Positions 50,101 to 62,888 of a DNA stretch of 64,000 nucleotides are shown piece after piece (within the stretch, counting starts at the first letter, position 1; each line of letters begins with the position of its first letter). The stretch comes from Mobula hypostoma (Eukaryota). The stretch covers positions 188,544,001 to 188,608,000 of the forward strand of contig NC_086097.1 in the NCBI RefSeq assembly GCF_963921235.1, given 5' to 3'. A program made the translations under genes and the position numbers. Below the pieces are notes generated by a model that saw only the letters and a program-made list of their open reading frames with translations, did not search any database and was not told the DNA's origin.

Positions 50101-53100
50101 AATGGGCTGTAGTCAGAATGGTTTCCTTAAGGGAAAATCTTGCCTGACAAATCTGTTGGAGTTCTTTGAGGAATCAAAAGTAGAATCAGTGCATGTTGTG
50201 TACTTGTATTTTCAGAAGGCCTTTGACCAGGTGCCATACATGAGGCTGTTTAACAAGTTAAGGGTCCATGGTTTTGCAGAAAAAATACGGGCATGGATAG
50301 AGGATTGGCTGATTATCAGGAGGCAAAGAGATTATCAGAATAAAGGGAAACTTTTCTGCTTGGCTGCCGGTGACTGTTGGTGCTCCGCAGGGGCCAGTGT
50401 TGGGACCAATTCTTTTTACATTATATATCAGTGATTTGGATGGCAGAACTGGCGTCATTGTGGCTAAGTTTGAGGACGTTACGAAGATAAGTGGAGGGGC
50501 AGGTAGTGTTGAGGTAACAGAGAGGCTGCAGAAGGACAGACAGATTAGGAGAATGGGCAAAGAAGTGACAGATGGAATGGTATTGGTAAGTGTATGTGTA
50601 TGCACTCTGGTAGAAGGAATAAAAATGTAGACTATTTTCTAAACAGGAGCAAATTCAAAAATACGAGGTGTAAAGGGGCTTGGGAGTCCTTGTGCAGGAT
50701 TTCATAAAGGTTAACTTGCAGGTTGAGTCAGTGGTAAGGAAGGCAAATGCAATGTTATCATTCATTTTGAGAGGACTAGATTATAAAAGCAAAACTGTAA
50801 TGCTAAGGCCTTGTCAGGCACTAGCAAGGCCTCACTTGAAGTATTGTGAGCATTTTGGGCCCCTTATCTAAGAAAGGATGTGCTGACATTGGAGAGGGTT
50901 CAGAAAAGGTTCATGATAATGATTATGGGTATGAAAGGGTTATGTATGAGAAGCATTTGATGGCCCTGGGCCTGTACTAGCTGGAATTTAGAAGAGTGAG
51001 TGGGGATCTCATTGAAACCTATTTACCAGAAGGATGTTTTCTATACATACCGAGGGAGTCTAGGACCAGAGGGCAGAACCTCAGGTAAGAGGGGTGATCG
51101 TTTAATACTGAGATGAGGGGGAATTTCTTTCACCAGAGGATGGTGAATCTGCAGAATTCGTTGCCACAGGTGGCTGTGGAGGCCAGGTCATTGGGTATAT
51201 TTAAGGCAGAGGTCGGTAGCTTCTGATTAGTCAGGGTGTGAAAAGTTGTAGGGTAGAGAATGGGGTTGAGAGGGAAAATGGATTGGCCATGATGAAATGT
51301 CAGAGAAGACTTGATGGGCCAAATGGCCCAATTCTGCTCCTATGTCATAATGAATGTCTCTATGGTACTGAGAGTAATATGAAGACCGGTATCCTTGAGA
51401 TCTTGTGTTTAAATTTCTTGTGTAACTCCCTATACTCATTCTTCTCTCTTGTTTTGCCTATATTGTAGCAATGTGTACGATGACCTTTGAATGTTTGCCG
51501 GCCCCTTCAAGAACTTCTGCAGCTGCTTAGAGACATTCTTGACCCTGGCAGCAAGTAGGCAACACCATTGTGGCATCTCTTCTGTGACAACAGAATCTGC
51601 TGTTTTCACTTGTGACTAACAATGTGTATCAATGCTGTCTGTAACTTGGTACAATGCAGCAAGGTTTAGATCACTTGCTTCTACTCAGAATAGCATTTCA
51701 AATTTAGTTGCTGATTTGTAAGGTGATGCTCCATTACAATTGGGATTTAAGAATTGGGCACAGAGCTCGGAATCAATGATGTAAGTGAAATGAATTCAAA
51801 AGGGGAGAGAAAAGTATCAAGTAAATTAATGTTTACAATCAACTTGACTAGCTGATCAATTCTTCATTTACTCTTAACACTTTATATTGGTTTCCTCTGG
51901 CAGTTGTTCACACCAAATATTTTCACAATTGGCAAATCACTGAGAGGAAATATTACATAGAGGGTGATGAACCTCGTCTTGCAGAGAGTGGCAATTCTCT
52001 ATAATTTTCCTGGATTGTGGAGACTAGATCACTGCAGGTACTGAAAGAGGAGAAAAAATTAAATCTTTAAAGATTGGGGAATTAAGGATTATGGGCAACT
52101 TGTACAAAAGAGGAGTTTGAGTTCTGGAGCAGGTCAGCCTTGATCATACTGAATGGAAGTTTGGGCTGAAGCATCTTACTTTTCCACACTGTTTGTGTGG
52201 CTTGGGCAGTGTTTTTATCCAGATGAACAAACTTATATTTGTTTTTGTGATGCATTCAATAAACACGAGAAAGAATACTTTAACGGCAATAGATTATAAA
52301 CTTGTTCTGTTCACCAAGTGTCCTATTGGCACACAGGTAGAGAACCTCATTATTTCTTGTGCTATTTATTTATTGTAACTTGTCATAATTTTTATGTCTA
52401 GCTCGGTACTGCTGCTACAAAACAAATTTCATGACATGTCAGTGATATAAACGTGATTCTGAAAATAACACTTTAAAATATTATTATGAGTTTGGGGTTT
52501 TCTTTTTATATCTATCACATTTTCTCTTCTGCCTAGGTTCAGGAAGGTGCCTTAAATTTAGGAAGAGGATTCACTCTGATGTTACTGACCTTCCTAGGTT
52601 ATAAGACATACAAAAATATTCCACGAGCATTATTAGTTTATGCTAATCAAACAGGTAAACCTACCTTATCTGAAGGTTTTCATTACAATGTTCTTTGCAG
52701 AGTGTCTGCTGATTTACAAGTTGAAGAATTTCATGGGTATAGTAGGTATGGTGGTACAATATCATGATTATTACTGGATCAGTAAATTGGAGACATGGAT
52801 GTATGATCTGGAGCATAAGTAGTTCTGGATTATGTTGATAATTTAGAATAAAATTGACTTAGTAATGCTTATCATGAAAACATCAGACTGGTGTTTTTTA
52901 AAAATAAAGATTCATTCATCATATGTATATCGAAACATAATTAATTGTATCATTTTGTTAACAAGCAACACACTGTGAGTGTGCTGGGGGCAGCCCACAA
53001 GTGTCGTAACACATTCTGGCGCCAACATTACATGTCCACAATGCTTGGCACAACACAGAACACAACAAACAACAACAGCAAAACAAAGCCTTGTTCCTCC

Positions 53101-56100
53101 CTCCCATCTGTACATATATTTTGTCCTATAACCCCAGGACAGGCCTCCAGTGGACACTGACTCGGGCGTGCAGACACCGGGCTTTGACCTCCCCAGCGAA
53201 CTCAGAGAGATTCGCAGACTCTGCTTTGGCTAACGATCCTTGACTTCCTGGATTTCCAGTTCGTCCTTGGGCCACAGTCTTCAACATCGATCCCAGGGCA
53301 CGCCGGTTATTAAACAGTTGGCCACAAGCTTTGGTCTCGCCGAAGGCGGGACCCCAAACAATCAGCCTCAAACTTCATTTTCAAAATTAAACAATTAAAT
53401 CTGTGATGTGTGAACCAGAAGGTCATCTGAATTTGTTCTTCCTTCTTACACAGAATCCCACTGACAACTCGCTGACCTAGGGGGCTCCCTTCCACTGTTT
53501 GCAGATCCAACAGGCCATTCAACCACAGATGTCCCAGGTCTGTGTGACTGGTCTTCAAATGCTGAGCAGAAACTCTGGCCTGACCTCTAATTCCCCCACA
53601 TCTCTTTGCCTAAACCCTGAACTGACCCCTAACTCCCTTCTCTGTTCCCAAAACCATCCTTATGAACATAAAAAAAATTCATGAAATTGACCGTCACTCT
53701 CAATCTGCCATCGTAGCAATATACTACCTTGAGATTCATTTTCTTGCAGGCATATAGAGAAAAATAAATACTATAGAGTTTAAGAAAAACTATACATAAC
53801 AAAGACAGGAAAACTTATGAAGACCCATGATACTTAGGAGCAAGCAACGATATCCATTATTTACATCAATGTCACTGACAGTTTTAGTATCTGCAGGTAT
53901 CAACATAAGAAATTTTGCAGATGCTGTAGGTCCAAAGCATTGAACACAAAATGCTAGAGGATCTCAGCAGGTCAGGCCGCATCTATGGAGCTGAATAAAC
54001 AGTCGATGTTTTAGGCTGAGACCCTTCTTCAGGACTGGAGAGGAAAGGAGAAGATGCCAGAATTTTTAAAAAAAAAGAGGGGAAGAGGAAGGAGGATCGC
54101 TAGAAGGTGACACCAAATGAGTGGGAAAGGTAAAGGATTGGAGAGGAAGGAATCTGATGGGAGAGAAGGATAAACCATGGAGAATGGGAAGATGGAGGGT
54201 AACTGGGGGAAGTGATAGGCAGGTGAGAAGAAATAAGAGGCCAGAGTGAAAATAGAAGAAGAAAGGAGGGGCAGACTTTTTTTTTTACCAGAAGGAAAAA
54301 TTGATATTCACGTCATCAGGTTGGAGACTACCCAGATGGAATATGAGGTGTTGCTCCTCCACCCTGAGAGTGGCCTCATCATGGCACATGTGGAGATCAC
54401 GGACCGACATACTGGAATGGGAATAAGAATTAAGAAGGTTGGCCACTGGGAAATTCCATTTTTGGCTTGATGAAGCGGTCCTCCAATTTATGATGGTCTC
54501 ACCAGTGTAGAGGAGGCCATATTGGAAGCATCAGACACAATAGACAACCCCATTAGATTCGCAGATGAGGGAGGAGGTGAATGTACAGGTGTAGCACGTC
54601 AGCACATGCAGGGATAAGTGTCAGGAGGGAGATTAGTGGGGAGGGACCTATGGAGAAGGGAATCATGGAGGGAGCGATCCCTGTGGAAAGTGGGTGGGGG
54701 GAGGAGGTAAGGATGTGTTTAGTAGTAGAATCCCTTTGAAGATGGGGGTAGTTGCAGAGAATGACGTGTTGGATATGGAGTCTCGTGGGTGGAGTTGAGG
54801 ACAAGGGGAACTCTATCACTGTTAAGGCAGCGGGAAGATGGGGTGGACACGGATGTCTGGAAAATGAAGGTAATGCGGGTGAGGACAGGCATGAATAGTG
54901 GAGGAAGGGAAATACCATTCTTTGAAGACGTCCTGGGAATAGATGCATCAGATATGAAGGAACTGGAAAAAGGAATAGTATTTTCACAGGAGATTGGGTG
55001 GGATGAAGGTATAGTCGAGATAACCTTGGGAATTGGTAGGTTTATAAAAGAGACAGTTTGTTGCAAAAGATGGAGTCAGATTGAGAAAGGGGAGGGTGGT
55101 GTCAGAAGTGGACCAAGTGAATTTAAGGCCAGAGTGGAAGTTGGAGGCAAAGTTGACGAAATGAATGAGCTGAGCGTGGGTGCTTGAAGCTGCACCAATT
55201 CAATTGTCAATGTAGCGAAGGAAGTGTTGTGGAGCATTACCAGGGAAGGCTTGGAACATGGATTATTTTATGTAGCTAACAAAGAGGCAGGCATGGCTAC
55301 CTCATGAGTCAGGAGAAAGTGGGTGAAGCCAAAGGAGAAATTGTTGAGGATGAGTACCAGTTCTGCCAGATGGAGGAGAATGACGGTGGAGGAGGATTGG
55401 TTGGTTTTTGGGGTGGGGGGAGCAGAGATCTTCAAGGCCTTTTTGATGAGGTATAGAAGTATATAGGGACTGGTGAAAGGATGTCTGTTCAGAACCAGGG
55501 AATTGAAAGTTGCTGAGCAGATCAAGAGCATGTGAAGTGTCATGTATGTAGTAGGAAGGGACTGAACCACGGGGGATAGATTGGAGTCAAGGTATGAAGA
55601 TGAGTTCATTGGGGCAGGAGCAGGCAGAGGCAATGGGCCTACCTGCATAGTCAGGTATATGGATCTTGGGTAGAACTGTGTGGCGTAAGGGAATTATGAG
55701 TTTGGTGACAGTGGATGGGAGTTCTCCAGAGTTGGTGAGGTCAGTGATGGTGTCAGAGACAATTTTCTGATGGGTGGGTGTGGATCCTCTTCCAGTGGTG
55801 TGTAAGAGGAGGTGTCTGAGAGTTGCTGCTTGTCCTTAGCAAGATGGAGGTTAGTCCACCGTGCTACAATGCAGCTGGTTTGTGGGTTTGATAGGTTAAG
55901 GTTAGGACTGGTGTGGAGAGAATGGAGGGCAGTGCATTTAGAGGGAGCAAGGTTTGAGGAGGAGTGAGGAATGTTGAACTTGAGCTGGTTGACATCTTGT
56001 CGGCAGTGAAATATGAAAGGATCTAGAGCAGGCAGGGAACCTGCATAAGTTCATAATGACACTGTGTGAATGTGTAACCAATTTGTTTGAAGCAGCATTG

Positions 56101-57266
56101 GAGATTTCTTTCTTAGTAGGTTGTCATTTTTTAATGGACTGATACAGGGGGTAACTGAGCTCACCATGTCTGTATTGGGGCCCCTGTTCTGTAACCATAA
56201 CTATTTTTAAAAAAAGACAACAGTTCAATTGTTGAATTTTTTTCTTGATCATATTAGAAAGCAACCTGATTTAATAACTTCCGGTAATTGGTGCCTTTTT
56301 CATTCATAGTTGCATCTGTATGGAAGTTGAATTTTGACCCATAATTCATATCTACAATGAATCATAGATCACAATTCATATCTGCAAAGATCATTCAAGA
56401 AGAAAGCTGTATTTTTAAATTCTTTCAAATAGATGAACAGCAATATTTTATGATTTTAGTTTCTTATTCCAACTTGCTTTTCTTTTTGCATTTGAAGTGG
56501 AAGAGATAATAGACCAGGCTGACTATCTTTATGGCACTGGAGAGGTGACTAAGCTTTATCACCTTCTTATCGAACACAAGAACAGGTATAATACACTGAT
56601 CATATTGACAGTATTTTAGACAAACATTTGTACTTCTATACACAAAATACTAATATATGTGTGTTTGTGTGTGTGTGTATGTATGTATGTTCGTGGCCTA
56701 AGGTAGAAGGAGTCAATATTAGAAAACCTAGCACATTTCTTTTTCCTGCATTTACATACTTAGTCCAGCGGCCGTGGAGCATACGGATCCCTTCTTTGCA
56801 GAAGTCGGCATCTTGGACATCCAGAAGTGGTCCACAGCAGGGGTGATTGATAAGTTTGTGGCTTAAGGTAGAAGGAGATGAGTTATTAACTTCAAGTTTT
56901 CTGCATTTTCATTCAAAGAGTTGAACTGCACGTGCATGTAACAAGAGCTGTATAACTCATCTCCTTCTACCTTAAGCCACAAACTTATCAATCACCCCTG
57001 CTGTGGATCACCTGGAGGTCCAAGACGCTCTCGTTGCATGCACGTGCAGTTCAACTCTGAGTGATAATGCAGAAAGTTTGGAGTTAATAACTCATCTTCT
57101 TCTACCTTAGGCCACAAACTTACCACTTCTACAAAGAAGGGATCTGTATGCTCCACAACTGCTGGACTAAATGTGTACATGTAGGAGAGGACTATGTTGA
57201 AAAATAAATGTGCTGGGTTTTCTAAAAATTGACTTCTTCTACCTTTGGCCATGAACTTATCAATCA

Positions 57267-57308
<42 letters not shown>

Positions 57309-60300
57309 ACATTTATGTATGTATGTATATATATGCATGTATTTTGTAGATTGCCTGCGCTGTTTATTGGCATGTATAATGTTTTATTAAAGGGAACTTG
57401 AATTACCCTGAAATATAAATAGGAGTCATTTACTATATACACTTGAGCAGACGTATGTTATGTGCACAAATTATATTTATCTTGAATGAAATGTTAGCAC
57501 TCTAAGCAAACCAAGCTGATTGTATGTGGCACAGTGATGGTGAATTGTTGGAGGAAGGAATATTTTGATACCATTGATACAGCAGATTGGATTCTTTTGA
57601 AGCATGAAGTACCTCTGTGTTGGGAGTAGAAGTTCATCTATGGTCATGTTCTGAACAATCAGTATAGTGGAGTGTGCATGTTCTACAGAAATCCTTATGT
57701 GAATGGATTTTGAAATGCTTTTGTTCTATATTATGTGTTAGAACACACAGCTATGAAAATATTTCTATCCCACAGACTGTTAGCAAGGTACCAAATAAAT
57801 ATTGTTCTGGAAGTAGAGAATGGTTAAATATTTCATGAGCGAGATTGACATATGCTTTTCTAGTGATATGTGTATGATGAGGAAAGAATATAACAACAAG
57901 TAAATCATAAACACAAGAGATTCTGTAGATGCTGGAAATCCAGAGCACACACACAGAACATAGGGTATTCACCTTCTACCCCATGACATCATTCTTCACA
58001 ACTTCCGTCATCTTCATCGGGACCCTAGGACCAAACACATCTTTACACCCCCCAAGCTCTCCACTTTCCGCAGGTGGTTTCCCTTTCCACGAATCTCCCT
58101 CCTGGCACTTACCCCTCCCTGCAAACAGAAGAAGTGAAGTGCTACAACTGCCCATTCACCTCCTCACTCATCTCCATTCAGGGCCCCAAACAGTCCTTCC
58201 AGGTGAGGCAACACTTCATCTTCAAATCTTTTGGGGTTGTCTACTGTATCCAGTGCTCCCGATAAGGCCTCATCTACATTGGTGAGACCCGATGTAGATT
58301 TGGGGACTGCTTTGTCAAGCACCTTGGCTTCATCTGCAAAAAGCCAGAATTTCCGGTAGCCAACCATTTTAAATCTAATCCCCATTCCCATTCTGACATG
58401 TCCGTCCCTGGCCTCTACCTTCATGATGAGGCCGTTCTCTTGAGGAGCAACACCTTATATTCCATAAGACATAATAGCAGAATTAAGTATTCAGCACATC
58501 ACGTCTGCTATGCCATTCCATCATGGCTGCTTTATTATCCTTCTCCACTCCGTACTCCCGTCTTTTCCCTGTAACCTTTGACACTCTGATTCATCAAGTT
58601 CTACCAACCTCCGCTTTAAATATGCTCAATGACAGCCACCCATGACAATGAATTCCACAGATTCACCACTCTGACTTAAGAAATTCCTCCTTATCTCTGT
58701 TCGAAATGGACATCCCTCTATTTTGAAGCTGTGCCTCACCCACTGTCCTAGTCTCACCCACTAAAGAAAACATCCTCTCCACATCCACTCTATCTAGGCC
58801 TTTCGTATTCACTTACTTTCGGTGAGATTTCCCCCCTCATTCTCCTAAGCTTCAGCAATTACAAACTTAGAGTCATCAAACGCTGCTTACATGTTAACCT
58901 CCTCATTCCCATGAAACTCTTCAGGACCCTCTCCACTTCCAGCACATCTTTTCTAAGATATGGAATCCAAAACTGCTCACAATGCTCCAAGTGTGATCTG
59001 ACCAATGCCTTATAAAGCCTCAGGATTAATCTTTGCTGTTACATTCTAGTCCTCTCAGAATGAGTGCTAACATTGCATTTGCCTTCCTTACCACCAAGTT
59101 AACCTTAGGAATCCTGAATAAGGATGCTCAAGTCCTTTTGCACTTCTGATTTTGAATTTTTTCCCCATTTAGAAAATAGTTAACACCTTTATTCCTTCTA
59201 TCAAAATGCATGACCGTACACATTCTTACACTATATTCCATCTGCTACTTCTTTACCAATTCTCCCAATCTGTTTAAGTCCTTCTGTAAACTCTCTACTT
59301 CCTCAACATTTCCTGCACCTCCACCTTAACCATAAGACAAAGGAGCAGAATTAGGCCATTCAGCCCATCAAGTCTGCTCCACCATTCCATCATGGTTGAT
59401 CCCCGATTCCACTCAACCCCATACACCTGCCTCTCACCATATCCTTTGCTCTGACCAATCAGGAAACTATCAACTTTTGCCTTAAATATAGCATTGGACT
59501 TGGCCTCCACCTCAGTCTGTGGCAGAGCATTCCACAGATACACTACTCCCTGGCTAAAAAAAAATCCTCCTTACCTCTGTTCTAAAGGGTTACCCATCAG
59601 TTTTAAGGCTGTGCCCTTTAGTTCTGGACACCCCCACCATAGGAAGTATCCTCTCTCTCCACATCAACATTTAGTAGGTTTCAATGAGATCCCCCCACAT
59701 TCTTCTGAATTCCAGCGAGTACAGACCCAAAGCTGCCAAACACACTTCATATGTTAACCCCTTCATTCCCGGAATCATCCTCATGGACCTCCTCTGGACT
59801 CTCTCCAATGACAACACATCCTTTCTGAGATATGGGGACTTCTGGGAGTCTTGCATGAGGACTCCTAAGTCTCCCTGCACCTCTGATGTTTGAACCTTCT
59901 CCCCGTTTAGGTAATAGTCTGCATGATTGTTCCTTTTATCAAAATGCATTATCGTACATTTTCCAACACTGTATTTTATCTGCCACATTTTGTCCATTCT
60001 TCCAATTTGTCTAAGTCCTGCTGCTCCTATATTCCCGCTGTTTGCCTGCTGTCAATCTGTCAATCTTATATCATCATATAAGATATCTTTCCTGTATACT
60101 GAGGGCTCTTATCTTGTTAAGAAGCCTCATATGTAGCTTTATGTCTGAAAATCCTGGTAAACATCATGTGCTGACTTCCCTTTGTCTATCCGGCTTGTTA
60201 TTTCCTCAAAAATTCCAACAGATTTATCAGGCGATATTTCCCCTTAAGGAAATCACGCTGACTTTGGCCTATGTCATCATGTCTCCAAGAACCCCAAGAT

Positions 60301-61837
60301 CTCATCCTTACTAATGGATCCCATCTTCCCAACCACTGTAGTGGAGGCTAACCTATAATTTCCTTTCTTCTGCCTCCCTCCCTTCTTGAAGAGTGGAGTG
60401 ACATTTGCAATTTTACAGTCCTTCGATGTCTCCATAATCTCTTCAGCTACTTCTTTCAGATACCTTGGGTGTAGTCCATCTGGTCGAGGTGACTTATCTA
60501 TCTCCAGACCTTTCCAAACACCTTCTCCTTAATAATAGAAATTACATCCATGTCTGCCTGACACGCTGAAATTTCTGGCTTTCTGCTAGTCTTCCACAGT
60601 GAAGACTGATACAAAATACTTAAGTTCGTCTGCCATTTCTTTGTCCTCCATTACTACATCTCCAGCATCATTTGCAGCAATCCATGATCCACTCTCGCCT
60701 CTCTTTTACTCTATACATTATTGTACCTGCATATCAACCCCCACCCCATGCCCCTCATTTCCTTTCTCCCATGGTCCCTCTCTTTGCCAGTCAAATTCCT
60801 TCTTCTCTAGCCCTTTACCTTTTCCACCTATCACCTCCCAGCTTCTTACTTAATCCCCTCTCTGCTGCCCACCTGGCTTCACCTATCGGCTTTGAGCTTG
60901 TACTCCTTCCTCACCTGGTTTCCTTCCCCTTCCTTTTCAGTCTTGATGAAGGGTCTTGGCCCGAAATGTCAATTGTTTGTTTACTTCCATAGGTGCTGCC
61001 TGACCTGCTGAATTCCTCCAGTGTTTTGTGTGTGTTGCTAATAAAGAGCAATATCAGGATCTGAAATGGGTCCTGGCCCAAATAATTGCTGGTTTAAATT
61101 CAAATATTTTTATTAACTGTAACTTTCATTTTCTATTGGAAGCTCTCCATGCATTATTATGACACAAGAATACATAATTTATTTTGCAATTACTGAGGAG
61201 AAAAAAGTTGGGTGTTAATCTTTGGAAATGCCTGATTGTTTTTTTTTACTGACGTATTTGCTGAAAGTTGGATGTGTAACTATTTTCATTTTCTGACAGT
61301 TGAAGTGATTTTCCTGATCCAAAAGTAGAAGTCTGTAAATAGAACACCCTTTGGAAGAGGGTTTTATCATTATCATTGGCAATTTGCATCTTAAATTACT
61401 GATGTGCAGAAACTGATGTGAAGTGATTGGTGATGGTTTCACCATTGTTTGGAATGTAATACTGTACTGAAGTTTACAATAGCTAATAGCATTCTATGTT
61501 TTGCCTAGTATGAATGGTGAGCTTCTCTGGCGCCTTGCTCGAGCATCACGTGACTTGGCTCACTTAGAAAGTACTTCTGTGGAAAAGAAGCAGCAACTAA
61601 CTTATGAAGCCTTGGAGTTTGCCAAAAAGGCACTAGAAATAAACGAACAGAGCTTTGCAGCTCATAAGGTAATGTTTCATTTTATTGTAAACTATTTCAT
61701 TTTTCTCCCATATATTGTCTTAATGCTTTTTTAAAATTCTTGTACAGTGGTACGCGATATGTATCAGTGATGTTGGAGACTACGAGGGTATCAAGGCAAA
61801 AATAGCAAATGCTTATGTCATTAAAGCACACTTTCAG
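46792..61837 (+). CDS. RMDN1: Regulator of microtubule dynamics protein 1, coding exons 1-5 (3'-partial)
   Basis: Five GT-AG exons splice in frame. The motifs EEIIDQADYLY, ELLWRLARASRD and WYAICISDVGDYEGIKAKIANAY match RMDN1/FAM82B as I recall it. Confidence 0.94.
48981..49498 (-). mobile_element. Internally deleted Penelope-like insert with 17-bp target-site duplication
   Basis: NLTPSERSALHSLRINPNLIIKPADKGGAVVV fused to the terminal repeat; flanks actttaacaaaaagcca and actttaacaaagagcca. Confidence 0.88.
49039..49075 (-). ncRNA. Minimal type I hammerhead ribozyme motif, core intact
   Basis: AGUC-CUGACGA-AGGGUCUCGGCCU-GAAA-C-GUU/GACUG. Confidence 0.7.
52537..52654 (+). CDS. RMDN1: RMDN1 coding exon 2 (118 nt)
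   Basis: tttctcttctgcctag|VQEGALNLGRGFTLMLLTFLGYKTYKNIPRALLVYANQT+G|gtaaac; hydrophobic segment resembles human RGLLLSALSYLGFETY. Confidence 0.88.
52908..53715 (-). repeat. Unclassified interspersed repeat
   Basis: Retroposon-tail-like left end and a CpG-containing body with no recognisable ORF. Confidence 0.35.
53900..56035 (-). mobile_element. Penelope-like element, longest (~2.1 kb) decayed copy
   Basis: Terminal repeat, GIY-YIG region and RT remnants (LAELVLILNNFSFGFTHFL). Confidence 0.85.
56498..56585 (+). CDS. RMDN1: RMDN1 coding exon 3 (88 nt)
   Basis: tttgaag|(V)EEIIDQADYLYGTGEVTKLYHLLIEHKN(S)|gtataa. Confidence 0.94.
56689..57268. mobile_element. Mariner-derived palindromic non-autonomous element
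   Basis: Five TIR-like copies (gtggcctaaggtagaaggag); transposase C-terminus FYKEGICMLHNCWTKCVHVGEDYVEK* at ~57127-57207, mirrored at ~56740-56805. Confidence 0.8.
57269..57306. repeat. (GT)n microsatellite
   Basis: Uninterrupted GT run of about 19 units. Confidence 0.95.
58463..60710 (-). mobile_element. Stack of two or more nested CR1 LINE fragments
   Basis: Two CR1 tails (cataagac at ~58463 and ~59330); WQIKYSVGKCTIMHF and RKDVLSLERVQRR. Confidence 0.88.
60938..60975 (+). ncRNA. Hammerhead ribozyme motif, near intact
   Basis: CAGUC-UUGAUGA-A-GGGUCUUGGCCC-GAAA-U-GUC/AAUUG; C3-to-U change and weakened stem I. Confidence 0.5.
61509..61668 (+). CDS. RMDN1: RMDN1 coding exon 4 (160 nt)
   Basis: ttgcctag|MNGELLWRLARASRDLAHLESTSVEKKQQLTYEALEFAKKALEINEQSFAAHK|gtaatg. 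Confidence 0.96.
61748..61837 (+). CDS. RMDN1: RMDN1 coding exon 5 (90 nt)
   Basis: tgtacag|WYAICISDVGDYEGIKAKIANAYVIKAHFQ|gtaaag. Confidence 0.96.
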
Positions 61838-62064
61838 GTAAAGTAACATAATATATTTATCTATTTTTGTGAAGATTTATCTTTCAGTAAGATTGAAGCC
61901 TTAATTCAGAATATTTTTGGGAAGCTGCTATAAATAAGTAAAGCTAAGAATGTACTTTGCATTACAAAAGAAGCAAAATTCTAAGTGGTATTTTTAAAAC
62001 ATGGATCAATATTAAAAAAGGATTATGAGGAGGACATCTTTAAAAGAAGAGTTTTTAGATGAAT

Positions 62065-62888
62065 GCAAAACACCATCCATAAATTCACAGATGACACCAC
62101 TGTTAATAAAATCTCAGATGATGTTGAGGTGGCAGAGAGGAGTGAGGTGGATCAGCTGATTGATTTACTTCTGCCACCTCGTGCTCAATATCAGCAAGAC
62201 CAAGGACTTGAATATGGACGTAAGGAGAATTTGGGAAAAGCTGCACATTGAGGGGTCAGTGGTGGAAGGGAGAGCAGCTTTAAATTCTTGAGTATCAGCA
62301 TCTCGGGGTATCTGTCCCGGGCACATTGCATTTACACAATCATGAAGAAGGCATGGCATCGGCTCGACTTCATTAAGGGTTTGAAGGGTCTGGTATGGCA
62401 CGAAAGACTCGTGCAAATCTTTATTGACATACACTAGAGAACATTCTGACTAGTTGCCTCACAGCCTAGTATGGAGGCTCCAATGCACAGGATCACAAGA
62501 GACTGCGGGGGGTGACCAGTTCCATCCCAATCACAACCTTGCCACCATTGAGGAGATTTTCAAAAAGTGATGCCTTTCATTATGGACCGTCTTTAATGAG
62601 GGTTCTTTATTAATTATTAATGACCAACTCCATCCAGGACATGACGTCTAGCTCCTTGTTACTATCATTAGGGAGAATGTACAGAAGCCTAAAAGCCCCC
62701 ACACAATGATTCAAGAACAACTTCTTCCCCTTCACCATCAGATTTCTGAACTGTCCATGAACCCATGAACATTACATCAATATTCCTTCTGGTTTCCCAT
62801 TGCATATTTATTTTGCAGTTTATAGCACTGTATTGCTGCCGCAAAACAGCATATTTTACATTCATATTAAAATTAATAAACCTGATTG
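62065..62888 (+). mobile_element. Decayed Rex1/Babar-like LINE
   Basis: IHKFTDDTTV; nucleotide similarity to the copies at 2640-3882 and 32270-33009; aataaacctgatt tail. Confidence 0.75.

Larger units (their letters stand above)
48640..51350 (+). mobile_element. Composite decayed CR1 LINE(s), interrupted by a PLE insert
   Basis: QNGFLKGKSCLTNLLEFFE, GAPQGPVLGPILF and KFED; CR1 tail at ~51340. Confidence 0.88.
57908..61020 (+). mobile_element. Penelope-like element split by CR1 insertions
   Basis: Inverted terminal stub at 57908-57958; GIY-YIG at 57965-58462 (IQGPKQSFQVRQHF..VVYCIQCSR..YIGET); 3' terminal repeat at ~60735-61020. Confidence 0.75.

Noticed and set aside
56689..57268. CRISPR-like repeat array
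   Set aside because: Repeats are inverted, irregularly spaced mariner TIRs in a vertebrate intron, with no cas genes.
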